Assembly: GCF_009914755.1 (NCBI RefSeq)
Contig: NC_060947.1
Source of the DNA: the human T2T-CHM13v2.0 reference genome, Homo sapiens
Reading direction: 5' to 3' (one strand)
Length of the DNA stretch: 64,000 nucleotides
Shown: positions 62,401 through 64,000 of the stretch, one piece after another
How the letters are laid out: each line of letters starts with the position of its first letter
Numbering within the stretch: the first letter of the stretch is position 1
Made by a program: the position numbers and the translations under genes
Notes under the pieces: model-generated
What the model was told of the DNA's origin: nothing
What the model saw: only the letters and a program-made list of their open reading frames with translations
Database searches by the model: none

Positions 62401-62878
62401 ATGCCCATAGGAATATAAATCATTTTACTTTAAAGGCACATGCACACCTATGGTTATTGTAGCACTATTTGCAATAACAAAGCCATGAAACCAACCCACA
62501 TGCCCATCAATGATAGACTGGATAAAGAAAATATGTTACATATACACCATGGAATACTACACAGCCATAAAAAGAATGAGATTATCTTCTTTGTAGGGAC
62601 ATGGATGAAGCTGGAAGCCATCATCCTCAGCAAACTAGCACAAGAACAGAAAACCAAACACCCAATGTTCTCACTCATAAGTGGGAGCTGAACAATGGCA
62701 ATACATGGACAAGGTGGGGAAAAACACACAACAGGGCTTGTTGGGGGGTGAGGGGTAGGGGAGGGAACTTAGAGGACAGGTCAACGGGTGCAGCAAACCA
62801 CCATGGCACACATATCCCTATGTAAGAAACCTGTGCGTTTTGCACATGTATCCCAGAACTTAAAGTAAAAGAAAAAAG
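59471..62878 (+). mobile_element. L1PA (about L1PA8-10) with both ends but most of ORF2 missing
   Basis: 5' end ggggccaagatggc, ~1.3 kb 5'UTR, broken ORF1 (61252-61794 piece), EN start to APNTG (~62216), then directly the ORF2 C-terminus and 3'UTR. Confidence 0.88.
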
Positions 62879-63109
62879 ATTTCAAGACAAAAGACGATGT
62901 GTAAAATAGTTACTTAAAAGTGTGAGAGAATAAATGGACTAAGGATGTATAGCAGGACTGAGGGACCTCACCAAGAGCACTTACTCTAAGCTTATTATCC
63001 AAAGGTTGTCTCGTGGTATGGATTTTTGAAGAACTCAGCGTAAAGAGCAACATCTTGTTTATAAAGGTCTTGGAATCCTGTAATGTCAGCCACGTCTCAA
63101 AAGGTTCTA

Positions 63110-64000
63110 TAGGGTCATCGCCACCGTAGCCGCCAAGAGGAGCTGGGAGGACGACGGTAGCCTGTGAGGCTCGTTGTAGACAACATGGCGGCGGCGATGT
63201 CCGCTAGCCAGGCGAGTGTGGCAGCGGCAGCAGCGGGGCCTGGGGGCGCGGCAGGGCGGCCTGGGCTTTGGCCTCCCTCCAGTTCCCTGGAAGTGGGCCT
63301 GTGGCCAGCGCGGGAGCAGCAGCAGAGGCGGAGGCCCCAGCGCGTCTCTCTCCTCCCCCTCAGCCTGAGCCCGGGGAGGCCAGGCGGCCCGGGTGTTTGA
63401 AGGTGGGGGCGGCTGCCGGAGATTGTGAGAATTCTCTTCACCAGAATATGGAGACTGTTCAATCACCAGGAGCACAAAGTTATCATTGTTAAGCTGGATA
63501 ATTCAGGGAAAACTACCACCTTTATCAATTTTCTATGAATGAAGTTGTACATACATCTTTTGTAGTAGGAAGTAATGTAGAAGAGATAGTGATTAATAAT
63601 ACACGTTTCCTAATATGGGATATTGGTGGCCAAGAATCTCTTCGTTCTTCCTGGAACACTTATATATTAACACAGAGTTTGTAATAGTTGTGGACACTAC
63701 CGAGAGAGGATTTCTGTAACTAGAGAAGAACGCTATAAAATGTTACCACATGAGGACCTAAGAAAAGGTGCATTGCTGATTTTTGCTAATAAACAAGATG
63801 TTAAAGACTGCATGACTGTAGCAGAAACCTCCCAGTTTTTGAAGCTAACTTCTATTAAAGATCACCAGTGGCATACCCAGGCATGCTGTGCTCTAACTGG
63901 CGAGGGATTGTGCCAAGGACTTGAATGGATGATGTCACGACTTCAGATTAGATGATTTCTACTGACGTCTTCTCACAGATTTTGTATAAATGAAGTGCTA
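63110..64000 (+). pseudogene. ARL5A: ARL5A processed pseudogene (5' leader, former CDS 63425-63955, start of 3'UTR), running off the right edge
   Basis: Intronless [20 protein letters not shown]...[15 protein letters not shown]...LLIFANKQD...[26 protein letters not shown] changed to GTG, Gly2 to Arg, the P-loop reads KLDNSGKT, and there are frameshifts near 63518, 63663 and 63700. Confidence 0.95.
63185..63400 (+). CDS. Candidate upstream ORF, 71 aa, Ala/Gly/Pro-rich microprotein
   Basis: aacATGg (A at -3, G at +4), open to TGA at 63398-63400, ending 24 nt before the lost ARL5A start. Expression is unknown. Confidence 0.4.
   Translation: MAAAMSASQASVAAAAAGPGGAAGRPGLWPPSSSLEVGLWPAREQQQRRRPQRVSLLPLSLSPGRPGGPGV

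Noticed and set aside
63107-63475. Minus-strand 115-aa and 122-aa ORFs over the ARL5A leader
   Set aside because: Antisense frames in GC-rich, stop-poor sequence, with no recognisable homology.
63740-63955. 71-aa C-terminal ARL5A ORF as a protein
   Set aside because: Lacks the G1-G3 GTPase motifs and is simply the remainder after the last frameshift.

Overview
Primate (human-like) genomic DNA, roughly three-quarters transposon-derived, with no intact cellular gene recognised. From left to right it holds: (1) the 5' part of a minus-strand gamma-like ERV with a tRNA-Phe primer-binding site (HERV-F group; LTR, broken gag, pro, RT); (2) a stack of nested LINE-1s of many ages, several with readable target-site duplications (TSDs); (3) about 8.5 kb of mostly unique DNA with MIR/L2 relics at 16-24.6 kb; (4) a TSD-flanked L1PA2-like element with intact ORF1, CpG-rich promoter and an extended antisense ORF0, but a triply broken ORF2; (5) an ERVK-type solo LTR, four Alus and MER5A; (6) the start of an ARL5A processed pseudogene. 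The best lead is the ARL5A retrocopy: its GTPase frame is dead, yet it keeps a CpG-rich leader with an open 71-codon upstream ORF in strong Kozak context. Other leads are scars of DNA repair or retrotransposition: a double fold-back insertion, an orphan L1 fragment in a (TA)n tract, a 44-bp micro-L1, a twin-primed inversion and possible micro-transductions. Subfamily names were assigned by eye from remembered consensus features and need RepeatMasker/Dfam confirmation. Boundaries without a TSD are approximate.
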